DNA of 64,000 bases from Candidatus Aenigmatarchaeota archaeon (GTDB lineage: Archaea > Aenigmatarchaeota > Aenigmatarchaeia > GW2011-AR5). The DNA lies in assembly GCA_016193585.1 (NCBI GenBank), contig JACPRW010000008.1:3432-67431 (forward strand), read 5' to 3'. The first letter of the stretch is position 1. The number at the start of each line of letters is the position of its first letter. Positions 57,169 to 64,000 of the stretch are shown here, one piece after another. The notes below the pieces were generated by a model, which was not told the DNA's origin, did no database searches, and saw only the letters and a program-made list of their open reading frames with translations. Made by a program: the position numbers and the translations under genes.

Positions 57169-57888
57169 TCACCGCTGCCCCTGTTCAGGTTGCTGCTGTA
57201 CTTGTTCATCCTGCAGTTGCCCCTTCTGCAGCTGTTCCTCTTGTAGCTGCTTCTCTTGCTGCTCGGCTGCAAGTGCCTGCGTCGCGGCCACGTGAAGCGC
57301 GACTTTCTTGGCGAGGTCTTCCCGCTGGTGGAGCATGACCATGACCGTCACGCCGATGTCACCGAGCCGCGGCTTTGCAGTTGCAAAGCCCTTGAGCACG
57401 TCTTTTTTCGCAGGCTCGCCGCATTTTTTCAGGTAGCCTGCGACGAAACGCTCCTTGCGCGAGCGCTCGCCGGAAAGCTTGCCGGACATGATGAGTTCGC
57501 AGCCGATGGCGCCTGCGTTCATAACTCTGTGGATGTAAAAGTTGCCGAGTTTCTTGTAGTTGACGCCGCTTTCGAGGCTCGCCGCGATGCTTTGCGCAAC
57601 AATGTTCGGGTCGAGGTCCTCGTTGGCGATTTTCTGGACGTCAATCTGCGGGTTGTCTATCTTGAACTGCTTCTTGAGCGCGTCGACAAGTTCGTTGATG
57701 CGCTCGCCTCCGGAACCGATGACAAGCCCCGGCGTGGTCGTATAGATGACGATCCTCGTCACGATAGGCGTGTGCTGCACCTCGATGTCACTTATCTTCG
57801 CCTGCGTGAAGAAATGCCTGATGAATTCCTTCATGTTGATCTGTTCTTTCGATTTCTGTATGAGTATGCGTTCTTTCATCATTATCAT
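57169..57888 (-). CDS. rps3: 30S ribosomal protein uS3 with Gln/Glu-rich tail
   Basis: PGLVIGSGG...GAIGCELIMSGK. Confidence 0.95.
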   Translation of the reverse strand: MIMMKERILIQKSKEQINMKEFIRHFFTQAKISDIEVQHTPIVTRIVIYTTTPGLVIGSGGERINELVDALKKQFKIDNPQIDVQKIANEDLDPNIVAQSIAASLESGVNYKKLGNFYIHRVMNAGAIGCELIMSGKLSGERSRKERFVAGYLKKCGEPAKKDVLKGFATAKPRLGDIGVTVMVMLHQREDLAKKVALHVAATQALAAEQQEKQLQEEQLQKGQLQDEQVQQQPEQGQR

Positions 57889-58484
57889 CTCGGTGTCTTT
57901 TCTTCCTCGGTCGGCTTTTCTTTTCCCGTCTTGCCTGCGGCTTCTGCCGCCGGCTTGGTTTCTTCCTTAGTCGGTTTTTCCGTCGTGCCTGCAGGTTCCT
58001 TCTTTTCCTCTGCTGCTTTCCGCTCCTTTGCAACCTTCGTGGCAACTTCTTTCACGACCTTTTCGAGGTCTTCCTTGCTCCTCACTACCTTGATTTTTGA
58101 TTCCTTGCCTTTTTCGATGAGTATGATTTCGACGTTGGTGTTTTTCATCCGGCTGCCGAACGCTCCCTTCCTCCGGCGGCGGCGCATGATGGCCCCCTGG
58201 TGGGCGCTTGCGTGCACCATCAGCCTCCCTGCGTCCAGCTCGATGCTCTCCGCGTTCTTCTCGCAGCTATCGAGAAGCAGCAGCATCTCGCCCGCGGTTT
58301 TCGTGTAATACTTTCCTTTGAGGTTTCGCTTGCCGTCGCGCAGGTCGCCGAGCAGCCGCTTCGCCCGCGTGAGCGGCTTCCTGCTGATCGCCCTGCACAG
58401 GAGTACCGCCGACTTCCTGCTGATGCGCAGGTTGCTGCCGTACGCTTTCGCATGCTTCTGTTCCGGACTGAACGTGTAGGGCAT
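57885..58484 (-). CDS. rpl22: 50S ribosomal protein uL22 with charged C-terminal tail
   Basis: LRISRK...EKNAE...TNVEIIL. Confidence 0.93.
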   Translation of the reverse strand: MPYTFSPEQKHAKAYGSNLRISRKSAVLLCRAISRKPLTRAKRLLGDLRDGKRNLKGKYYTKTAGEMLLLLDSCEKNAESIELDAGRLMVHASAHQGAIMRRRRRKGAFGSRMKNTNVEIILIEKGKESKIKVVRSKEDLEKVVKEVATKVAKERKAAEEKKEPAGTTEKPTKEETKPAAEAAGKTGKEKPTEEEKTPR

Positions 58485-58647
58485 ATGCTCACTCGCTCCT
58501 GTGTGATGGCGTTCCTTCTGACACATGGTACAGTTTTCTATAACTTTCAGGAAGCTTCCTCGAATATTCCATTACCCTGCCGGACACTTCCGAAACCGTT
58601 CGTGTGCACACAATGCCGCGGATTGTTTTTGTTTCCATGAATATCAC

Positions 58648-59037
58648 CTACTTGAGCGGCACGAACTTGCTCGACCGCGTTGCGCCGAGTCCCGGCGAGC
58701 TGTGCTGCACCTTTTTTCTGGTGAGCGCGAATTCGCCGAGGCAGTGCCCGATCATGGCCTCGTCGATGATGATCGACGCGTATTCCTTGCCGTTGTGGAT
58801 GCCGATCTTCGAGCCGACCATTTCCGGGAGTATGACCATGTCGCGCGCGTGGGTGCGGATGAGCTTGTCCTTGCCCTTGTAGCGGCGCACGCCTTCGAGG
58901 AGCTTCTTCTGCGTCTTCGACAGTCCGCGCTCAAGGCTCCTGCGCTGGCGCGTCGCGAGGAGCCTGGTGAAATCCTCCATGTTCATTGCCTGGAGCTCCT
59001 CGATGCTCTTCCCCCGGAACGTGAATTTCTTTGCCAT
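58648..59037 (-). CDS. rps19: 30S ribosomal protein uS19
   Basis: RTHARDMVILPEMVG...GEFALTRK...GATRSS. Confidence 0.96.
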   Translation of the reverse strand: MAKKFTFRGKSIEELQAMNMEDFTRLLATRQRRSLERGLSKTQKKLLEGVRRYKGKDKLIRTHARDMVILPEMVGSKIGIHNGKEYASIIIDEAMIGHCLGEFALTRKKVQHSSPGLGATRSSKFVPLK

Positions 59038-59149
59038 ATCAGAACCCATCCATTTTATGCATAAACACTCCGTGTTTATCAGCTTCTCCGAAGCCGGAAT
59101 TTAGTCAGTTCCTGAACCTCCGGTTTACTTCACCTTTTTATTACCATTT

Positions 59150-59330
59150 TCTTTTTGAACCCAAACCCGTTTTTCTTTCTTTGCTCAGAAACCACGGTTT
59201 CTGGCAATGCCAAAATGCGCTACATTTTGTGCATTAAACCCAAGGGCGTTTTTCTTTCTTTAAACCCAGGTCGTTTTTCTTTCTTTAAACCCAAGGGCGT
59301 TTCTTTCTTTTTCTAAAAGAAAGAAAAGGG
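59150..59330. repeat. T-rich repeat region with three tandem ~26-bp units TAAACCCAAGGGCGTTTTTCTTTCTT
   Basis: Units at about 59235, 59261, 59286; upstream core shared with 48975. Confidence 0.75.
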
Positions 59331-59331
59331 C

Positions 59332-60027
59332 TTACTTCCTCTTCTTCTTGCCCATGCGGCGCGCGGCGACCGAGCCGACCTTCTTGCCGGGCGGCATGCT
59401 GCGTTTCACCGTCTTGTGCTTGCCGGGCTTGCCCTTGCCGCCGAACGGGTGGTCGACCGGGTTCATGGCAACGCCGCTGACGCGCGGATACAGCCGGCCG
59501 AGCGCCCGCATCGCGTGCCATTTGTTGCCTGCCTTCCTGAAGGGCTTCTCCACGCGGGCGAAGCCGGCGACCGTGCCGATGGTGGCGCGGCAGCCCGCCC
59601 GAAGCACCTTCTTCTGCTTTGACGGCATCAGAACGATGCACCGGTCCCCTTCCCTGCTGATAAGGGTCGCCGAGCTTCCCGATGTCCTGCATATCTTGCC
59701 TCCGTCTCCCGGCCGCAGTTCAATATTATAAATCTTCGTTCCTTCGGGGATTTTCCTGAGCTCGACGATGCTCCCGGCGTCCGGATTCTCGAAACCTATC
59801 TGCTCGCCGACTTTCGTCCCTTGGTGCGGCAGGTACAGCACCTTTGCCCCGGCAAAGTTGACGACGGCAAGGGGCGTCGTTTTTCCCGGCGCGTCGACGA
59901 TGTCCTCGACGACGCCGGCAGCCGCTCCCTGCGGGATGAAGCGGTAGCTCACCGGGCCGAGATACCGGTGCGCCGGCGGCCGGTACTTCCCTTTTCCCCG
60001 GCGCTGCTGTCGTAAGTTCTTGCCCAT
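59332..60027 (-). CDS. rpl2: 50S ribosomal protein uL2
   Basis: GVAMNPVDHPFGG. Confidence 0.97.
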   Translation of the reverse strand: MGKNLRQQRRGKGKYRPPAHRYLGPVSYRFIPQGAAAGVVEDIVDAPGKTTPLAVVNFAGAKVLYLPHQGTKVGEQIGFENPDAGSIVELRKIPEGTKIYNIELRPGDGGKICRTSGSSATLISREGDRCIVLMPSKQKKVLRAGCRATIGTVAGFARVEKPFRKAGNKWHAMRALGRLYPRVSGVAMNPVDHPFGGKGKPGKHKTVKRSMPPGKKVGSVAARRMGKKKRK

Positions 60028-60044
60028 GATTATCGCCTTGTTCT

Positions 60045-60413
60045 CTATTTCAGCGTCATGACTATCTTTTCATTCGGAGGGTCGAGCATGACGCCTGCTG
60101 TCTGCATAAGACTTACTCCCAGTATCATGTCTTCCACAAAATTGTCCATGATAACAAACTCGGGTTCGTTTACCACATGCCCCCTGATGAGTACTTCTTT
60201 AAATCTGACTCTTTCTCCCGTAGCGGTGTCGCCGGTAGCCAAGACCGCCTTGTGGATTCCTTCAAAGATATGGAACCCTACGTCTCCGACATCCTCCCCG
60301 TCAGCAAGTTTTCTTTTGACATAATTTCGATATGCTCCGCTATCAAATAAAGCGGATATTTTTTTGCTTTTTAAGGTACCGACAAGTTCCACGTCTTCTC
60401 TGATATAGCCCAT
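60045..60413 (-). CDS. retropepsin-like (clan AA) aspartic protease
   Basis: ALFDSGA and MILG motifs; lower GC than neighbours. Confidence 0.8.
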   Translation of the reverse strand: MGYIREDVELVGTLKSKKISALFDSGAYRNYVKRKLADGEDVGDVGFHIFEGIHKAVLATGDTATGERVRFKEVLIRGHVVNEPEFVIMDNFVEDMILGVSLMQTAGVMLDPPNEKIVMTLK

Positions 60414-60416
60414 CCC

Positions 60417-60662
60417 TCAGAACCTCCAAAACTCACCTTTTCTGAATTCCTTTACTTCGCCTGTTGCAGCATCTATGCTGAATAATGCTGATTTAGCTAC
60501 CTCAACGGCATTTATTTTTTCCTTAAATTCTATGTTAACTCTCCATACATCCTCTTCCTGCTTCGCAAACGTTATGGAGAAATCTTCTATTCCCAAGGCT
60601 GTCTTCAGGTGCTCTCCGATCTTCTGTTTGACGTCAGAAAAGTTCAACATCTTTGTTTCCAT
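60417..60662 (-). CDS. small PepSY-like hypothetical protein
   Basis: WRVNI...FSIDAATGEV; lower GC. Confidence 0.6.
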   Translation of the reverse strand: METKMLNFSDVKQKIGEHLKTALGIEDFSITFAKQEEDVWRVNIEFKEKINAVEVAKSALFSIDAATGEVKEFRKGEFWRF

Positions 60663-60675
60663 GCGCCTATCACCA

Positions 60676-61104
60676 TCAAATTATCCCCAGCCGTATCGCA
60701 ATCTCCCCTGCTTCGCCCGCCTTCACGAACTTGATGAATGCCTTCTTCCTGCCGTTCTGGTCAATGACGGTATTGACGCTGCTGACGTTCGCTTTGAACG
60801 CCTGTGCGGCGGATTGCCTGATCTGTTGCTTGTTCGCCTTCCGGTCGACGATGAACAAAAGTTTGTTTTGCCGCTCGATGTGCTGCACGGCTTTCTCGGT
60901 CATGACGACGAACTTGAGGACCGCGTACGGGTCGCCGGTGACCGGTAGCTGCTCTTCCGGCTGCGCAGCCGGGCCTGCTGCCTGAGCCTGTTGCGGCTTT
61001 TCAGCTGCAGGCTTCGCCTGAGCTTTTTTCTCGCGTTCGCTGCGCGCCTTCGTCGCTTTCTCTGCCGCTTTTGTAGCGGCCTTCGGTGTTTGTTTCTCGT
61101 CCAT
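60676..61104 (-). CDS. rpl23: 50S ribosomal protein uL23 with Ala/Lys-rich N-terminal extension
   Basis: TEKAV...NKLLFIVD...VNT...KKAFIK. Confidence 0.94.
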   Translation of the reverse strand: MDEKQTPKAATKAAEKATKARSEREKKAQAKPAAEKPQQAQAAGPAAQPEEQLPVTGDPYAVLKFVVMTEKAVQHIERQNKLLFIVDRKANKQQIRQSAAQAFKANVSSVNTVIDQNGRKKAFIKFVKAGEAGEIAIRLGII

Positions 61105-61106
61105 GA

Positions 61107-61907
61107 CTATGCACCATACTTTTTCTCGAGTGCCGCGCACGCAGCCTTGGTGAGTATGAGGAACCTGCCCGCATGCGTCCCGGGCGCAAGCAGCTCGGTG
61201 CCGAGCGTTGACGGCGTTGCCACGTCAATGCCCGGGATGTTCCGTGCGGCCTTGACGAGGTCGCACTGCCGCGAAACGATGATGAGCGGGCCTTTCTTCG
61301 TCTTGTACCGCCTGCCACGCATTTTTCCCCTGCCTGCACGGACCTTTTTTTCCGCGCTCCTCGTGAGCTCTGCCGGCAGCAGTTTTTCGAGCAGCGCCTT
61401 GACGTCCTTTGTCCGTGCAAGGTTTTCAAAATTGTCGACAAATATAATAGGGACCTCAGTACCGACCTTGTGGCCGCGCTTCGTGACAAGTTCCTGCTGC
61501 GCGCCTGCAGCCAGTGCCGATATGAGCGCGAGCCGCTTTTCTTTTGCGTTGATGCGCTCTTCCCAGACCTTGGCTGCTTTCGGCGGGTGCGCGCGGCGCC
61601 CCTTCACCGCCTGCGGCACGAAGCGGGCGCGGAACGCCATGTAGCCGACCTTGCCGTGCACCCGCGCAATACGCGCCATCTCGCGGTTCATCATGGTGAA
61701 CCGGTATTTGCGCCTGCCGTGATAGTGCGCCGATGTTTTCTTGCCGGCGAGCGGGTCGGAGCCGTACGGCTGGCGGCGGCTGCTCTGTGCCGACAGGACG
61801 GCGCGCTGGATGACGTCAGGCCGGTACGGCGTGCTGAACACACCGGGCAGTTCCATCTGCTCGACAGCCTTGCCATTGAGGTCGTAGACGTTTGCCATGA
61901 ATATCAC
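61107..61907 (-). CDS. rpl4: 50S ribosomal protein uL4
   Basis: RPDVIQRAV...GRRAHPP...RAGRGKMRGR...LAPG. Confidence 0.96.
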   Translation of the reverse strand: MIFMANVYDLNGKAVEQMELPGVFSTPYRPDVIQRAVLSAQSSRRQPYGSDPLAGKKTSAHYHGRRKYRFTMMNREMARIARVHGKVGYMAFRARFVPQAVKGRRAHPPKAAKVWEERINAKEKRLALISALAAGAQQELVTKRGHKVGTEVPIIFVDNFENLARTKDVKALLEKLLPAELTRSAEKKVRAGRGKMRGRRYKTKKGPLIIVSRQCDLVKAARNIPGIDVATPSTLGTELLAPGTHAGRFLILTKAACAALEKKYGA

Positions 61908-62047
61908 GTATCCTGATTCTTTCTTCTTTCAGCCTCTGCAACATATAGATAACTGCATAATTTGCATGACACATAGGCACCCATGCCGTTGCTTCGCAAC
62001 GTGCCATCCTGTTTGCCGTTAGTGCCGTAATGGTGGTTCATGCGCAT
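61904..62047 (-). CDS. very small hypothetical protein (47 aa)
   Basis: TGATG overlap upstream and GTGA overlap with rpl4; CKLC. Confidence 0.35.
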   Translation of the reverse strand: MRMNHHYGTNGKQDGTLRSNGMGAYVSCKLCSYLYVAEAERRKNQDT

Positions 62048-62262
62048 CACATTATCGTAAAGCGGCCAAAGTTTCGCGGCGACACATGACCTGCGTACAG
62101 CCCGTCGTGTGTCCGAATGTAAAATCCCCTGACGTATCCGTCTGTATCCCGTTCCACGCCTGTTACGTTGTACACGAAACCGACGGTGTTGCCGTCGTCC
62201 CTTCCGCACGGGCCTGTCTTGAGGACCGATGCGCCTTCTCTGACATCATGTATTCGTACCAT
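62047..62262 (-). CDS. small hypothetical protein between rpl3 and rpl4
   Basis: 71 aa, starts 2 nt after the rpl3 stop, beta-rich (SH3-like) pattern. Confidence 0.55.
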   Translation of the reverse strand: MVRIHDVREGASVLKTGPCGRDDGNTVGFVYNVTGVERDTDGYVRGFYIRTHDGLYAGHVSPRNFGRFTIM

Positions 62263-62264
62263 TG

Positions 62265-63236
62265 CTACGCCCCCTGTTTACTCTCCAAAGATATTCCTTT
62301 CACTTCGACCGGCTCGAAGACCGTCGTCCTCATGGCTTTCCTCAGCCGCACGAGGCGCTTGACGTGGCCGGGAACAGAGCCTTCGATGAGCATGAACGAT
62401 TGCGGCATCCCGTAGCCGAGGAAGCCGCCTGCCGGGATGATTTTCTTCGCGTCGTCGTCGATGAGCACGATGCGCTTGCTGAATTCAGTCCGCGTGAAAA
62501 AGCCGTACTGCCCTGCCTGGGGAACGCGCCAGTCCACTTTCCGCGGCGTTGTCGAGCCGATGCTGCCGACGTGACGGTGCATCTGCTTGTCCTTCCGCGT
62601 CTGGATGCGGACGCCGAACCGCTTGACAACCCCCGTGAAGCCATGTCCCTTGGTGACCGCAGCCACATCAACGAACTCTCCGGGACGGAAAATGTCCTTT
62701 GCGGCTATTTCCTTGCCGAGGAGCGACATGCCGTACTCGGCCTGCTTCGCAGGTTCGCCGCCAAGAGCGATTTCGAAGACATCAGGCTTTATTTTCCGCA
62801 TGCCGGACTTGGCCGGCTGCGTGGCAACGAGCAGGTGAACGCCTGTGTAATGTGCCGGCGCTTCTCTGTTCTTTCCCGGCATTGCCTTGCGCTCGATAGC
62901 GAGGTCTTTCGGCAACTTGTCGTGCCAGACATCGCCGGCGGTTGCAAGGCCGTCGTGGGTTTTCCTGTAGAACCGGAGCGCGACAACGAAGAGAGAAGGA
63001 GCATCGAGGACGGTTACCGCTTTCGACAACAGCTTGCCGTACGTCGGGGATTTGGCGTTGTTGTCGATGTACTGGATGTGCGTCATGCCCGCCTTCCATG
63101 CGGCGAAGCCGAGCGGCTTGGTGTCCTTCGAGGAAGGCCAGTGCCTCGTCCGCGTATAGATACGGCTAGCCCGCTTGCGCGGCCAGTACTGCATGCTTCC
63201 CCGTCTCGGTCTCGATCGCTTGGCCATCAGAACCAC
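62265..63236 (-). CDS. rpl3: 50S ribosomal protein uL3
   Basis: RPRRGS...KAGMTH...TKGHGFTGVVKRFG...GSVPG. Confidence 0.97.
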   Translation of the reverse strand: MVLMAKRSRPRRGSMQYWPRKRASRIYTRTRHWPSSKDTKPLGFAAWKAGMTHIQYIDNNAKSPTYGKLLSKAVTVLDAPSLFVVALRFYRKTHDGLATAGDVWHDKLPKDLAIERKAMPGKNREAPAHYTGVHLLVATQPAKSGMRKIKPDVFEIALGGEPAKQAEYGMSLLGKEIAAKDIFRPGEFVDVAAVTKGHGFTGVVKRFGVRIQTRKDKQMHRHVGSIGSTTPRKVDWRVPQAGQYGFFTRTEFSKRIVLIDDDAKKIIPAGGFLGYGMPQSFMLIEGSVPGHVKRLVRLRKAMRTTVFEPVEVKGISLESKQGA

Positions 63237-63411
63237 TCGCTTCTCTGATTGATGAATCGCATCAAAATGCTCCGTGTCCCGCAGGTATCCTGCGCGACTG
63301 ATGGAAGGTAGCCCGCCCTAAAACAAGCTGCCGTAGCGAAACAACCGGTTCCGCTAACGGGTACGTGAGAGCATTGCTAATTAGCGCAAAAGGTATTTAA
63401 GCGTTGGTTAG

Positions 63412-63618
63412 CCCGGCACTGGTGCACGCGGATGGAAGAGCATGAAAACGGCGCAGGCACTTCAGGGCGGCTACCGGACGTATTACAACCATGTGCGCAA
63501 GCATCAGGGACTGAATGGCATGAATCCTGCCGAGGTCGCGGGGCTAAAGCTGAACCTTCCTGAGAATCGCTGGGAAGGGCTTATAAGGATGGCGATAAAG
63601 AAAAATATTGTTAAGTAA
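63412..63618 (+). mobile_element. DDE transposase C-terminal remnant (IS6/integrase-core-like)
   Basis: RGWKS...YYNHVRKHQGLNGMNPAEVAG...NRWEGLI; no 5' part. Confidence 0.7.
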
Positions 63619-63632
63619 ATACTGTGGTTAGT

Positions 63633-64000
63633 ATGACAGATAATTCTACAGACCCTATAAAAACATTTGATGTAAAAATCAAATCTTCTGATAAGGATGT
63701 TATAGCACATGGTACTTTCATAACTTTTGATTCTAATGAGAATGCCATCACTTTGAAGAAAGATGAAAAAGAACTTACATTTATTATTGCATTCAAAGAT
63801 GACGCAGACAAACTGCCTATGAGAGTAGAAGATGAGATTCTCGACCCAAAAAATAAAATGAGGCTTAATTTCATTAATTTCAATTTTATCGAATCCGGCT
63901 CCACTAAACCTGTAAATATGGGCGTTTTTGATGGGCGAGAATTATTTGCCCAATTCAGAATCAAACGCATGAATAACAGTATCATGTCTCGAACAGTAGA
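63633..64000 (+). CDS. low-GC hypothetical protein (runs off window)
   Basis: Manual translation MTDNSTDPIKTFDVKIKSS...GRELF..., open to the window end. Confidence 0.65.
   Translation, partial: MTDNSTDPIKTFDVKIKSSDKDVIAHGTFITFDSNENAITLKKDEKELTFIIAFKDDADKLPMRVEDEILDPKNKMRLNFINFNFIESGSTKPVNMGVFDGRELFAQFRIKRMNNSIMSRTV

Noticed and set aside
59235-59311. Three ~26-bp repeats as a mini-CRISPR
   Set aside because: Units are directly adjacent with no spacers and are low complexity.
63412-63618. This transposase fragment as the mobiliser of the mini-elements
   Set aside because: Only a C-terminal remnant of an IS6/integrase-like enzyme, with no matching terminal repeats nearby.

Overview
Archaeal chromosome segment, probably from a DPANN lineage (Aenigmarchaeota-like; inferred from gene content and GGTGA-type RBSs, not verified). 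The right third holds the S10-spc ribosomal-protein cluster (rpl3 to rpl15, minus strand), interrupted by several small foreign ORFs. secY is detached from rpl15 and lies on the opposite strand. The rest encodes argF/argG/argH with two short ArgA-like GNATs, a glycosyltransferase island, a PRTase-PfkB cluster, TFS, RpoL, Dph2, a 2073-aa MG/Ig-repeat surface protein, MgtE/GDT1 transporters, several toxin-antitoxin pairs, a two-intron tRNA-Gly(UCC) and a broken tRNA-Cys. The most striking feature is non-coding: several families of tiny palindromic elements. (1) About ten distinct 42-100 bp units with TAG/TAT...CTA/ATA ends insert at TA or TNA, nest inside each other and form combinatorial arrays at nine or more sites. 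(2) An ATGCTCC...TCAAGAT element occurs three times, twice within coding sequence. (3) A twin-hairpin cassette recurs inside both families and in a tRNA intron. (4) A covarying ATGGGATACGA-stem-GGGTAT hairpin sits at the start of five genes. Split halves of the nested units indicate that the secY segment was inverted between two copies of one composite unit (real event or assembly artefact). No cognate transposase is visible in the window.
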